Below, piece by piece: positions 40,401 through 52,400 of a DNA stretch of 64,000 nt. The stretch comes from Asterias rubens (taxonomy: Eukaryota), in NCBI RefSeq assembly GCF_902459465.1, contig NC_047077.1, positions 3,906,001-3,970,000 on the forward strand, read 5' to 3'. The stretch's first letter is position 1. Each line of letters opens with the position of its first letter. The position numbers and the translations under genes are program-made. The notes under the pieces are model-generated. The model saw only the letters and a list, made by a program, of their open reading frames with translations, was not told the DNA's origin and searched no databases.

Positions 40401-43400
40401 TGACTTTCCACTCTTAAAAAAGAAACGTTAATCTTTATATCTCTCTCTAAAACAAGGATTGTTAATGAGCACAAAACAAACTTCAGTAAATTAAATATTT
40501 CATGAAAGATTTGTTCATGTGGCACAGCAAGAATGACTACCAACAATGGTCCTGTGCGTAGTTACAACATGTCTGATTGATTCTCCATTTTCAAAGGCTA
40601 GAAAACTAGAGTACACTTATAATGTGCCATGTATGTCATAAATGACACTCCTAATGCCCAATTATCAAATTGGGTGGAACTTGTTATGATATTGTTAAAA
40701 TTATAGGCCAATGCATCAAATGTACAAACAGTGATATAGCTGTACGTTAAGCTGCATGTATGGTATATGGCATGGCCGGGCACTATACTCACTTTTAGCA
40801 GTACCGTAAGAACAGTGCCTAGCTGTATAGGTAGTTCATGGGGGTCCAAGTTAAAGAAACACATTGCCTTGGATCGGTCGGGTTGGTCTTTGCAAAACGT
40901 TTGTAACAGTTTGTTATAAAATGCATGGGTAGAAAGGTGAATTAAAAGTAGAATACAATGATCCACACAAATTTGCCTCGAAATTGTGTGTTTTTACTTT
41001 TACTTTGCGAACTAACACGGTCGGCCATTTATGGGAGTCATGGGAGTCAAAAATTTGACTCCCATAAATGGCCGACCGTGTTAGTCGACGAGGTCAAAGA
41101 AAAACTTCGCAATTTCGAGTGATACTTGTGTGGATCATTATATTCTACTTTAAAAATATCTTTCTAATCATATGCATTTTATGACAAACGGTTACAAACG
41201 CTTTTCAAAGACCAACTCGACCGATCCAAGGCAATGTGTTCCTTTAAATGTGCCATGATGGTCTGTTAGTGACTGCAACACAGTACTTCCTTGAGAAATA
41301 GTCTCCTCTTGTGTCACTCACACACCTCTTTAAGGAACAAAGCTCTGCACTAGTGCCAAGCTTTCCAGTCAATATTTGTCTAATAGTGGGTTCAAATGGT
41401 TATATCATGGAGTTTTTTTGTAGTTCCATGGTCATGACATTGTGCAAACCAACGCCCAAAAACACAATGAACAGCAGTAATTTTAACTAGTAATGTTTAC
41501 TAGCACCAATTTCATACAGCTGCTAAGCACAAAAATTTGCTTAGCATGAAACTTTTGCCTAGATAAAAACAGGATTTCCCAACCAAACTTCCACATGATT
41601 TTCAGGATAATCCAAAAACAGCTGAATACAAGTATCAAGCAATATGCAACAAATGGAAATTTTGTTGGTAATCCTGTTTTTATCAAGGAAGAAATTTCAT
41701 GCTAAGCAAACTTTGGTGCTTAGCAGCTCTATGAAATTGAACCCTGGTTAGAGACTAAAGAAAGTTTACCCAAGAGAGAACTGAATGCCAGGTATAACCG
41801 CTGGGATATGTTCTGCTAATGCTCCTGGTGATACACTAATCAGCTCAGTGAGTAGAGTAAAGCAGCCTTGACGTGTCTTAATGCTCTTCTCTCTCATCTG
41901 CTTGTGTAAAGCACGTACTATGTCTGGTACCTGAAGCCTCAGCATTGATATGGGGCTGCTTGGGAGACAACAACATACACAACATCAACTTTCAAGATAC
42001 TCCTTACTGCTACCAGGGTTCAAACTTGACACCTACACTGGATTGAGGCTTGAAGCCAGTAGCTTTAATGTCGGGCCTTTAAACTCATTACTGGACATGT
42101 CTAGCAGTCTTGTGTGTTTTCAATTGAACGACATGACCTCACTGTGTCAAACACTCACTGTCTTAAACAAAAACAAGTGTTAATATGTTGACTTTGAGTC
42201 TGCCAAACACGTCTTGTCAATTCTATTGAATAATGAAGTATGTATACTCATGGAGACAAACAAGATCACTTCTCTCTTACACCGTATGTCTTAAGTCGGC
42301 CTCAGGTCCACCTACCAACCATCGGCAACGCACATACAAAGTATGCTCAGGTCACAACAGCTGAGAAATCTCAGCTGTAGCAGGACCACACGGACTGGTT
42401 ACTCAATGCACATCAATAAGGAAAAGAACTGAAAACTGAGCCAAATAGAGTCAAACTACTGTGGATTCAAGGTGCGTTATAAGTAGGGAGTATAGGCCCA
42501 TTGGATAGAGTGGTTAGATACACACATATTGAATGATTCATGTTGAAACACTGGTATGTATGGCACTTGCTTTTCTCTTATTATCATTATGTTTTTGTTA
42601 ATTTGACTGTATTTGGAAGATCATAACATTAAAAATTTTACATTGCTACAATGATGCTAAGGCCTTGTGCAAAACACAAATCGGCTACAACTACGGCTAG
42701 ATCAGCGCGTCTGTCAGTATTGGAGAATAGGCAGATGCATGTGATCTAGCCCTAGCTGTAGCCGAAGACGCCGTTTGGGACACGACCTAAGACTGCCATG
42801 ACGATGTTACTGATGTTGATAAGACTCACCCATCTTCATGCTCCATAGAGTCAGGATCATAACAGCCAGTTACAATAGGCTTAGTCTGTTTCAGCAGTGT
42901 AATGAAGGCATGAAAGATATCAGACTTTACATTCTCTTCACGCTCTGTAATCAAATCATAGTGGGTACCAACTTAGGAACTCCGGACTTCTGGGTCAGTT
43001 TAAATGCCGAACAGAGCGCTACAGAAAGAGCCCTCTCCCTCACCTCACACGCCTTTTTAACAACTGAATTGCAATAGAATGCAGCTTTTTATGCGCCCTT
43101 TGACTGTGCCAGCAATATTTTTTTATCCAGGTTTTTTTTTTTCCCCGCAACTTTCAGAACAATTTATTTTATACATTGTAAATATTTGTCTCTCCTTAAT
43201 CAATTATTTCTTAAATAATGTGAAATAGTGTGTTTTTTCTTATTTTTTAATCTCTGTATATTTTCCTGTAATTCGACCTCCGGTCGCCATGGGAATTTGT
43301 TTTTAAAATAATAAACCAATTATGAATGAATGAATGAATGAATGAATATCCAAATCAGATTTTCCTATCTCAACAAAAATGGCTGTAAAGAAGCATTTGA

Positions 43401-46400
43401 ACCTTTGCAATGATTCATGATAATGTGTTAACACAATGCACCAAATTCCACTGTAATGAGTTGTGGTTTTGAGAGCAACCACAGTACATTCTGACGATCA
43501 GATGGAGAAAGCTGTACTCAGATGCCCCTTCAATACTGTCAATAATGCACTCCATACATTACTCTAACACTCTGACTCAGATGCCCCTTCAATACTGTCA
43601 ATAATGCACTCCATACATTACTCTAACACTCTGACTCAGATGCCCCTTCAATACTGTCAATAATGCACTCCATACATTACTCTAACACTCTGACTCAGAT
43701 GCCCCTTGAGAAACCAGAAGTTGAGAAACCAGCCAAAACAGGCCGAGGGGTGAAATTAAAAAAAATGCTTTTGTTTTGTAAATTTAAATGCCAAATTTTA
43801 TCTTAGTTTGTATTGCCAACTTCCTTCCAGATAAAAAGCAACAACAAGGGGTTAAAATTAGCATTGAAAGAAAATGTGACTTTGTTTGTTCTATCAATAA
43901 CTATACTTTAATCTCCTTTCTATCAATGTTTCTATTCAACACAACTTTTGAAGCAAAGGTGGTAACAACATGGGTTTTAACAGTATTGAAGGGTCTCCAT
44001 GGTGATGCCAAAGACTCTTTTCTTGATTGCAACATATAAGTTTGGGTTTCCATCCATTTGAAATGCATGAAATTGTGATTACTCCTTTGATGTACATGTA
44101 CATGTACATGTGCTGTATGGGACTGAATGACTCTATGATTTACCTTTAAATCTTGCAATAAGAGCCGGTGATACGGAGCGATAGAACTCATTCAACATCT
44201 CATGTCTAGAACCTACAATGGCTTCCAGACATTTGGCTGCAGCACGTCGTACCTTCCAGCTCATATCATCATCATCGCTATACTCATCATCAGATTCACT
44301 GCAATGGAATTACATCATCATTATTAAAATCAAGAATAAGAGTCACTTCTTATCTATCGCCCATATCTGGGACTCAGTGACGCTCTAGGCGCTTCAACAA
44401 TTAGTATTTCTTGCAAGGTATGTGAGAAATTTGTTTGAATTATGAGACCTACTTCTTTTTACACTGCCTATCAAACTAGGAACACTAAGGCGAACCCCTT
44501 CTCTTTCTCTGCACTGGGTTCTTTTACGCGAGCCGATCATCGTTGATTTCCAGTGCTTCCCTTCCAGGGGTAAGCCAAAACGACTAGAGGTATTTATCCA
44601 GAGCACATGGTAGTAAGGCTGAAAATATTCCTATGTAGGTGTTGCTCTGGAGCATCGTATGTGGATGAACTTGGATCAATAGTATACAAATATAACATGG
44701 TTTGAGGGTCTACAATTGACATTAGCTCCCTAAGGTATTGGAAGTTGACAAACTAGTTCCTGAGGCTTGAATGGAGTCTGTAGCACGTTAGGCCAAACAA
44801 AAATAAAAAATTGTTGGATCGCCCATTCACCCGATTCTGGGGTTTCCGCTTCAGGAACTTCCGTCACTTGTTGGTCTCTTGTGTCTTCACTGCTCGGTGA
44901 TGACACCTCGGGGGCTCGGTTTCATCCAGTTGTGATTCATCCATCGGGTTTTGGGAGCGCCATCGACCACCGGGCATCGGGTGAAGAACTCATCCTACAC
45001 TGGGGGCCTATCTGTTACCAAAGAGGTAGAGCAGGTGTAGAGTTTTGACCATAGCTTTCGTGCATAAACAGGAGCGGAAAGATTTACAGTAAATTCCAAG
45101 TGCTGCAAGAGGGTTTGCGTTCTTCGAGCACCCACTCCTCTCGCCCCCATTACTAGACCATGGAACTCTATGGTGTTGGCACCGGTGATGGCTTTCAACG
45201 ATTCGGCACAGGTCTGGTATTTAGAGACTTTTTTGTCGCATGCATTTTCGAGGCGTCGGCCGCTCTCGAATCGGACAGTGATATCTACGACTATCGAATG
45301 TCAATTGTCTGTGAATACCAGATCTGGTTGCTTTGTTCCTACCGACTCGACTTTGCATGTAACCTCGCGTCTCACTTGCCATTTTTTGCAATTTGTGAGC
45401 CACAACTCTATCTACGAGCATGTCACAGATCTTATTGTGTCTCACAATTCGCACCCCTTGCACCATTGGCCGGATAGTTGGGAAAGCGATTCTGTTGGTG
45501 CATCGCACCCCCTCTCGACCTTCAGTATAGGCTCGCATACTGGGTAAGTGTTCATGCACATCTGTAGGGCTGCACAGTATTGGTGTCCCCTCAGTAGCGG
45601 GGTTGTTATCCACTTGTTAACGTGAGCATCGTTCCTCCGGGCATCTGTGCCTATTCCGTGGCACAGTTTGGCAGCCCAGTCGGCGTCTTCTTTGATCCTC
45701 CAACACTCCTTTGGTCTAGCCATCCCACGCAGGTCATCTCGTTTTGCGTTTTTGAGTAGATCATGCCATTTGTTGTACACTGAGGGAGCTTCAGCTACTC
45801 TTTCACTGCCAGGCAGATTGTACTGTCTAGAGCCCCCAAGTTGTTATTGCTCACTTTTGTCATCGACAGTTTTAACTGCAATCTCGGGTTGACATGGTTA
45901 CGGACCAAGTCAACTTTCTGGACTGGTTTGAGGAGCTTTCCTGATCTGTTCAATCCAAACATTTAACCGCTCCCCAAGATCTTCCGTTTTGACGCCTCGC
46001 CATGGTCCTACGCGTAATCCCAGGTATTTGGTCGTCTCATCGGGTATGATCCAGGGGATTGGCAGGCTGACATGCACCAAGGAGACCCTCCATTAACCAT
46101 GAACGATTTCCCCCAGGGCTGGATGTGGAGCGCCGTTCTCTGGCAGAACTCGTCGGCAATATCGAGTCATCATTGTAGGTCCAGACTTGACTTTCCAACT
46201 ATTGCAATGTCATCTGCAAAAGCCAGGGCCGAGATAGAACTTCTCCCCATCGATCTCAAAGGAAAACCCTTCTTCTTCTTCTAGGCGTCTCAATAGTGGG
46301 TCAATTGCTATGTTGAATAGCAATGGGGAGAGCGGATCTCCCTGTTTGACTCTCTTCTTGAAGTATAGGGGATCGCTCTGTTTGTCTCCTACCTTGAACT

Positions 46401-49400
46401 CAGTAAAACTGCCATCATACAGTAACTTTATAAGGCCGATGACATGCGAGTCTGTAGGCGAGCGGCGCTCCTTAGCAGTCTTTACCAGGGTATCGATCAG
46501 AAACAAGATCTGGGCGCACCCCGGAGCTGCCACGAACCCCCGCTGCCTTGGACTTAATCGAACTACCTTGGTGAGTCTAGCAGTCAAGATTTTAGTAAAC
46601 AGTCTTATGATGACCGAGCTGATAGTGATTGGTCTCCAGTTTCCAATTTGGTCTAAACCCTCTGAACATTTTGGGAGCAGGACGGATCTTGCGCCTTTTA
46701 TACCCTCAGGGACTTTCCCACAAAGCATCCATGCTGAAAGCATGTTTGATAGTGTCTCCATGTTCATCGACTGTAGGTCCTTGACGGTGATCCCGTCAGG
46801 GCCTGGGGCGCTTGATGAATCCATGGATTTTTCTCTATTTCGAGAACTGTTACTGGTTTGGTGAGCACGGATGGTTTTTTAATGCCTTGGGTAATCTTAA
46901 CAAGAGGTTACATGCAAAGACAAATCTGGCTTTCGCAGATGACATCCCAATTGTCGGAAAGTCAAGTCTGGACCTACAACGATTACTCGATATTGCCGAC
47001 GAATTCTGCCAGCGAACAGGACTACGCATGAATGTGGGGGAGTACGACCACGGTCTCTAGCTCACTCTCGTCCTGAGTTTCATCTATTGTCTCTTCCTCC
47101 CTTTGTGGTGTTCCTGTCGATATTAGCTCCCCGAGGTATTGGCAGTTGACCTCGGGAACTAGTTTGTCGACTTACAATACCATGGGGAACTCATATTGAC
47201 TAGTCACCCAAAATAAACCATGCTATATTTGTTTTACTATACATGTACTTCATACACAATTCAGTTGTCTGGAGCAAGGGAAAATTGAACCAAGGATGAA
47301 TGTGGCTAGAGCGATGTTCATGCGTGTGTACAACAGTACCACAATAGTAAAGCGCATGACAAGTATAATAGCGCCCGGGGATGGCGTCGCACAACAATAA
47401 TGCGCATGACAAGTAGAATAGCTCCCGGGAGCTGTTCTACTTGTCATGCGCATTTATCACTTGCGTGAATACTCACGTGCACGCTTGGTAGAATTAACAC
47501 CTGGCACGTGATGATGAATGGACTAATGAGAACTCAACTCTCAGTCATGAATATTTATGAGGTAAACTTACCCTTCTTCTTCATCGTCAGCATCAGCATC
47601 CATAGCATCATCTTCCTCATCACTCTCATAGTTATAGTTAGGATCATAGCAGATGTATTGCAGACATAGCTCAATAATCTGATACATAATAGATCATATA
47701 GTATACAAATAATCAACGTTTGTCAGTGCATTGGTGCAAATATTTCCATGAGTTGAAAGATGGAATGTTCTTTTCAACGAGGCGGAACCGAGTTGAATGG
47801 AACATTCCATCTTTCAACGTATGAAAATATTCACACTATTGCACGAGTGAAAAACATCCAAGTAGATCTTTGTCATTAGTATTAGAGGATACAGATTTTA
47901 AAACAAAACAAGCAATTTCTAACTGTAGATGCTGAATGTAGTTATGTGCCTTGCAGTAACACTGCTTCATTACCGCAGCACAATAAATGGCAAAATAAAG
48001 GATGACTTGTGCTGCATGTTCCGCCAGTGAAATGACAATATCACCAACTCAAAGTGTTGGTGTTTTGGTTTTTAATAAAAACTAAAGCCTGGTTCATACT
48101 TTGGAATTTTGAAAGCAACACATCCACATGAAACATTATTTCTTTGATATGGATTGGTTGATAACATTGTAGTACACATCATGTGAGTTACAGAGACCCC
48201 CCCCCACACACACCAACCTTTATTAATATTTAATGTTCACCTGGATCATGTAAATGTGCAAACATCATTGCTTCAATAACTGCAAAAAATGCTGCATGTT
48301 TTCCTCTTTACTGTAAAATTTGAGATATCTGGAACCTTGTTGTTTGGCAATCCCATAAAGGTAACACTTAAAGCTTAACTTACTGTTGAAACATGTGGAG
48401 AAACTTCCTTTGGACACCGTCTAACAAATGATTCAAAAGCCTGAAAATAATAAACATCATTCTTGATATCAATATCATATACATGACAAAACAAACATCC
48501 TGATCATAATACATACATACACTGAGTTTTCATATAGCCCCATTTCATTAAGACCACAGCACTTTAACAAACAGACTATAGCAAAATCCATTAGTTTGGA
48601 CATAACACCAAGATGATTTATTGGTGCTAAATCAAAAGAAATACAAGTGCTTCAATTCAAACTTTAGCTGGAACGAAAACCCCAAGGTATATTGAGCTGC
48701 AGTATCAATGAGTGCATATAACGGTAGTATTTATACTGCAATGTAGTTTGCTTACCTGAATGCAGTATTCTCTTAACTCATCATCTTCATCAATTCTACA
48801 GAACTTGACTATTAATGGCATGATCTTCTCCAAATGTTCTCCAACGCGATGACCTGCATGTCGACTGGTTCAAAGTTTGTACAGTTAATCAACTTGATGT
48901 ACCATGTATACTTTAATTGATCAGTTAAATTTTAGGGTGCATACATTGTACCCGAGTCATGGTGACCTAATTATTAAGTTTACATCTACATAATAATAAG
49001 AATAAGAATAATAGACCGTTTTTATATAGCGCTTGCCACGCACGAGGGGTGTCTCAAAGCGCTTCCGACATTATTACCCCTGGTCACTGGGCCTTAAATC
49101 AATCCTTAAACCATCAACTCCCTGGAGAGTATACAGCCTGTACGCAATGTATGCGTTACTCGGCTAAACCAATCACAAGAACCATCTCTGCCCTCACAGG
49201 TACCCACTTTACCCCTGGGTGGAGAGAAGCAATTATAGTTAATCGTCTTGCTCAGGGACATCAATGTCAAGACCGGGATTCGAACCCACACTCTGCTGAA
49301 CAGAAGCATCAGAGCTTGAGTTCGGTGCTCTTATCCACTCGGCCACGACACCCCATATGCATTATAGAAAAATTGCAATTGAGTAGGTGGTCCTTTATGC

Positions 49401-52400
49401 TAGAACTCTGACTGTAACCTGGGACAATGCATGGAACCACAATTTATAACCAAAGAAACATGTATATTTAAACATTTCAATCTATACCTGACGAACTTTC
49501 CGATACACTGTGGGTAGACACGGTACATGTAGATCCCTTGAATGCATTGCAACTAACCTGATAGCACAAATACACTGTATATGGTATGCAACTAACCTGA
49601 TAGCACCAATGCACTATATGGTATGCAACTAACTTGATAGCACCAATGCACTATATATGGTATGCAACTAACCTGATAGCACCAATGCACTATATATGTG
49701 ACCCGCTCTAACGAAATGAGGATTGTCTAGTGAATTTCACATTTGCATATTTCATAATATTCCAAACAAGCAAATCTTAATATTTTAAATGAAATAAAAA
49801 TCAAGATCATACGACCTTCCTGTCTGAAACAATGTGGAATTTTCGACGCCCTTGACGCTTAATTTTACGACCCGTTTTGGAAAACACAAACTCCATAAAA
49901 ATTAATTTGAAAAAACGCGACGTCTCACACACTCATTAAAATAATATTAATATTTTTGTTTACGATAATGAAAACATCAATTTTTAACCCCCCGTAGTCA
50001 GGCAAACAAAATTACCAAAATGAACAAACAACTCAACGAGAAGTTAGATTAAAATGTGTAGACAATTTCACCAATAAGTTTGACAATGTTTACCTGAATT
50101 TTTGGAGCAATTTGCGTTGATATTTCCAACTTGAAATGCGAGTTTTGTTCCGTCAAGTCAAAACATAGTAAAGACAGCTGTCACTCAGCGCATAGCATCA
50201 ACCCCCACGGGTATACTCGACTTGAAGACCAGGGAACATTCGCAATTTCCCCGTGCATGTTTCTCATGATTTTAGCGAAATTTCTTACCCAGCATGAAGT
50301 TTAACTGAAAGATTATTCCTTTAACATTCAGAATTATTTTGGTTTGGAACAATTCAACCTTGAAAAACCACAAAACAATGATGGAAATTAGACACTGTTT
50401 TCCCAACGTTCGATAAACATTCCACTGTTCCATACGTCGTACGTGTAGCAAAGTTTGTGCATGGTACCCGCGCAGTGTTCGTGTGTACATTGTCGTATTA
50501 CCAGCGCTGCAACTAGCTATGGCAACAAGACCGGGTCGGGTGATCAGACTCTCACGCTGCATGGATAAACAACGCCTCGGTCTGTGAGCCATACTAAATC
50601 TCGCGACGCGGATTTATGAATGGGAGATGTCATCGCTGATAAAACAGGGTTTGCCTTTGGTGACCTTTGAACCCCTTTCAGTGTTGACACATGTTTTTGG
50701 TGGCTATATTTAGACACCTCTAATCTTTGGCTTTCCAATGGTACTCTTGGTGGCGCTATGCAAGTTGTGTGAAAAGTTTTGCGACGCTCGCCAAATTTGG
50801 TGTTTTCAATGAATGTTCGCTGTCTGTCCCGTGGGATTTGGAACATTTTTGGATAATTACGTCAAGAACATGGCTCAGAAATCGTCTGTTTTTACATCTT
50901 TAGTATTCTTTTGACGAAAAGGTAAGACCATAGTAAGTTTAATCAAGATTTAGGCAACCTAAAAGTGTAGTAATAAAAAAATTAAAAAATTCAATAATTT
51001 TCATTAATTGTTTGTTATGATTATGTTCGGTGTCAAATTACACGAAATGAAACATTACTAGACATTCCTCATTCCGTCAGAGCGGGTCACATATGGTATG
51101 CAACTAACTTGATAGCACCAATGCACTATATATGGTATGCAACTAACTTGATAGCACCAATGCACTATATATGGTATGCAACTAACTTGATAGCACCAAT
51201 GCACTATATATGGTATGCAACTAACTTGATAGCACCAGTGCACTATATATGGTATGCAACTAACTTGATAGCACCAATGCACTATATATATGGTATGCAA
51301 CTAACTTGATAGCACCAGTGCACTATATATGGTATGCAACTAACCTGATAGCACCAATGCACTGTATATATGGTATGCAACTAACCTGATAGCACCAATG
51401 CACTATAAATGGTATGCAACTAACCTGATAGCACCAATGCACTGTATATATGGTATGCAACTAACTTGATAGCACCAATGCACTATAAATGGTATGCAAC
51501 TAACTTGATAGCACCAGTGCACTATATATATGGTATGCAACTAACTTGATAGCACCAATGCACTATAAATGGTATGCAACTAACCTGATAGCACCAATGC
51601 ACTGTATATATGGTATGCAACTAACCTGATAGCACCAAAACACTATATATGGTATGCAACTAACCTGATAGCACCAATGCACTATATATGGTATGCAACT
51701 AACCTGATAGCACCAATGCACTATATATGGTATGCAACTAACTTGATAGCACCAATGCACTATATATATGGTATGCAACTAACTTGATAGTACCAATGCA
51801 CTATATATGGTATGCAACTAACCTGATAGCACCAATGCACTGTATATGGTATGCAACTAACCTGATAGCACCAATGCACTGTATATGGTATGCAACTAAC
51901 CCGATAGCACCAATGCACTGTATATGGTATGCAACTAACCTGATAGCACCAATGCACTGTATATGGTATGCAACTAACCTGATAGCACCAATGCACTGTA
52001 TATGGTATGCAACTAACCTGATAGCACCAATGCACTATATATGGTATGCAACTAACCTGATAGCACCAATGCACTATATATATGGTATGCAACTAACTTG
52101 ATAGCACCAATGCACTATATATGGTATGCAACTAACCTGATAGCACCAATGCACTATATATATGGTATGCAACTAACCTGATAGCACCAATGCACTATAT
52201 ATATGGTATGCAACTAACCTGGTAGCACCAAAGCACTATATATGGTATGCAACTAACCTGATAGCACCAATGCACTATATATGGTATGCAACTAACTTGA
52301 TAGCACCAATGCACTATATATATGGTATGCAACTAACTTGATAGTACCAATGCACTATATATGGTATGCAACTAACCTGATAGCACCAATGCACTGTATA

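Noticed and set aside
46310-46864. 184-aa + strand ORF (and 58440-58868 on the - strand)
   Set aside because: Antisense shadows of the RT and integrase ORFs
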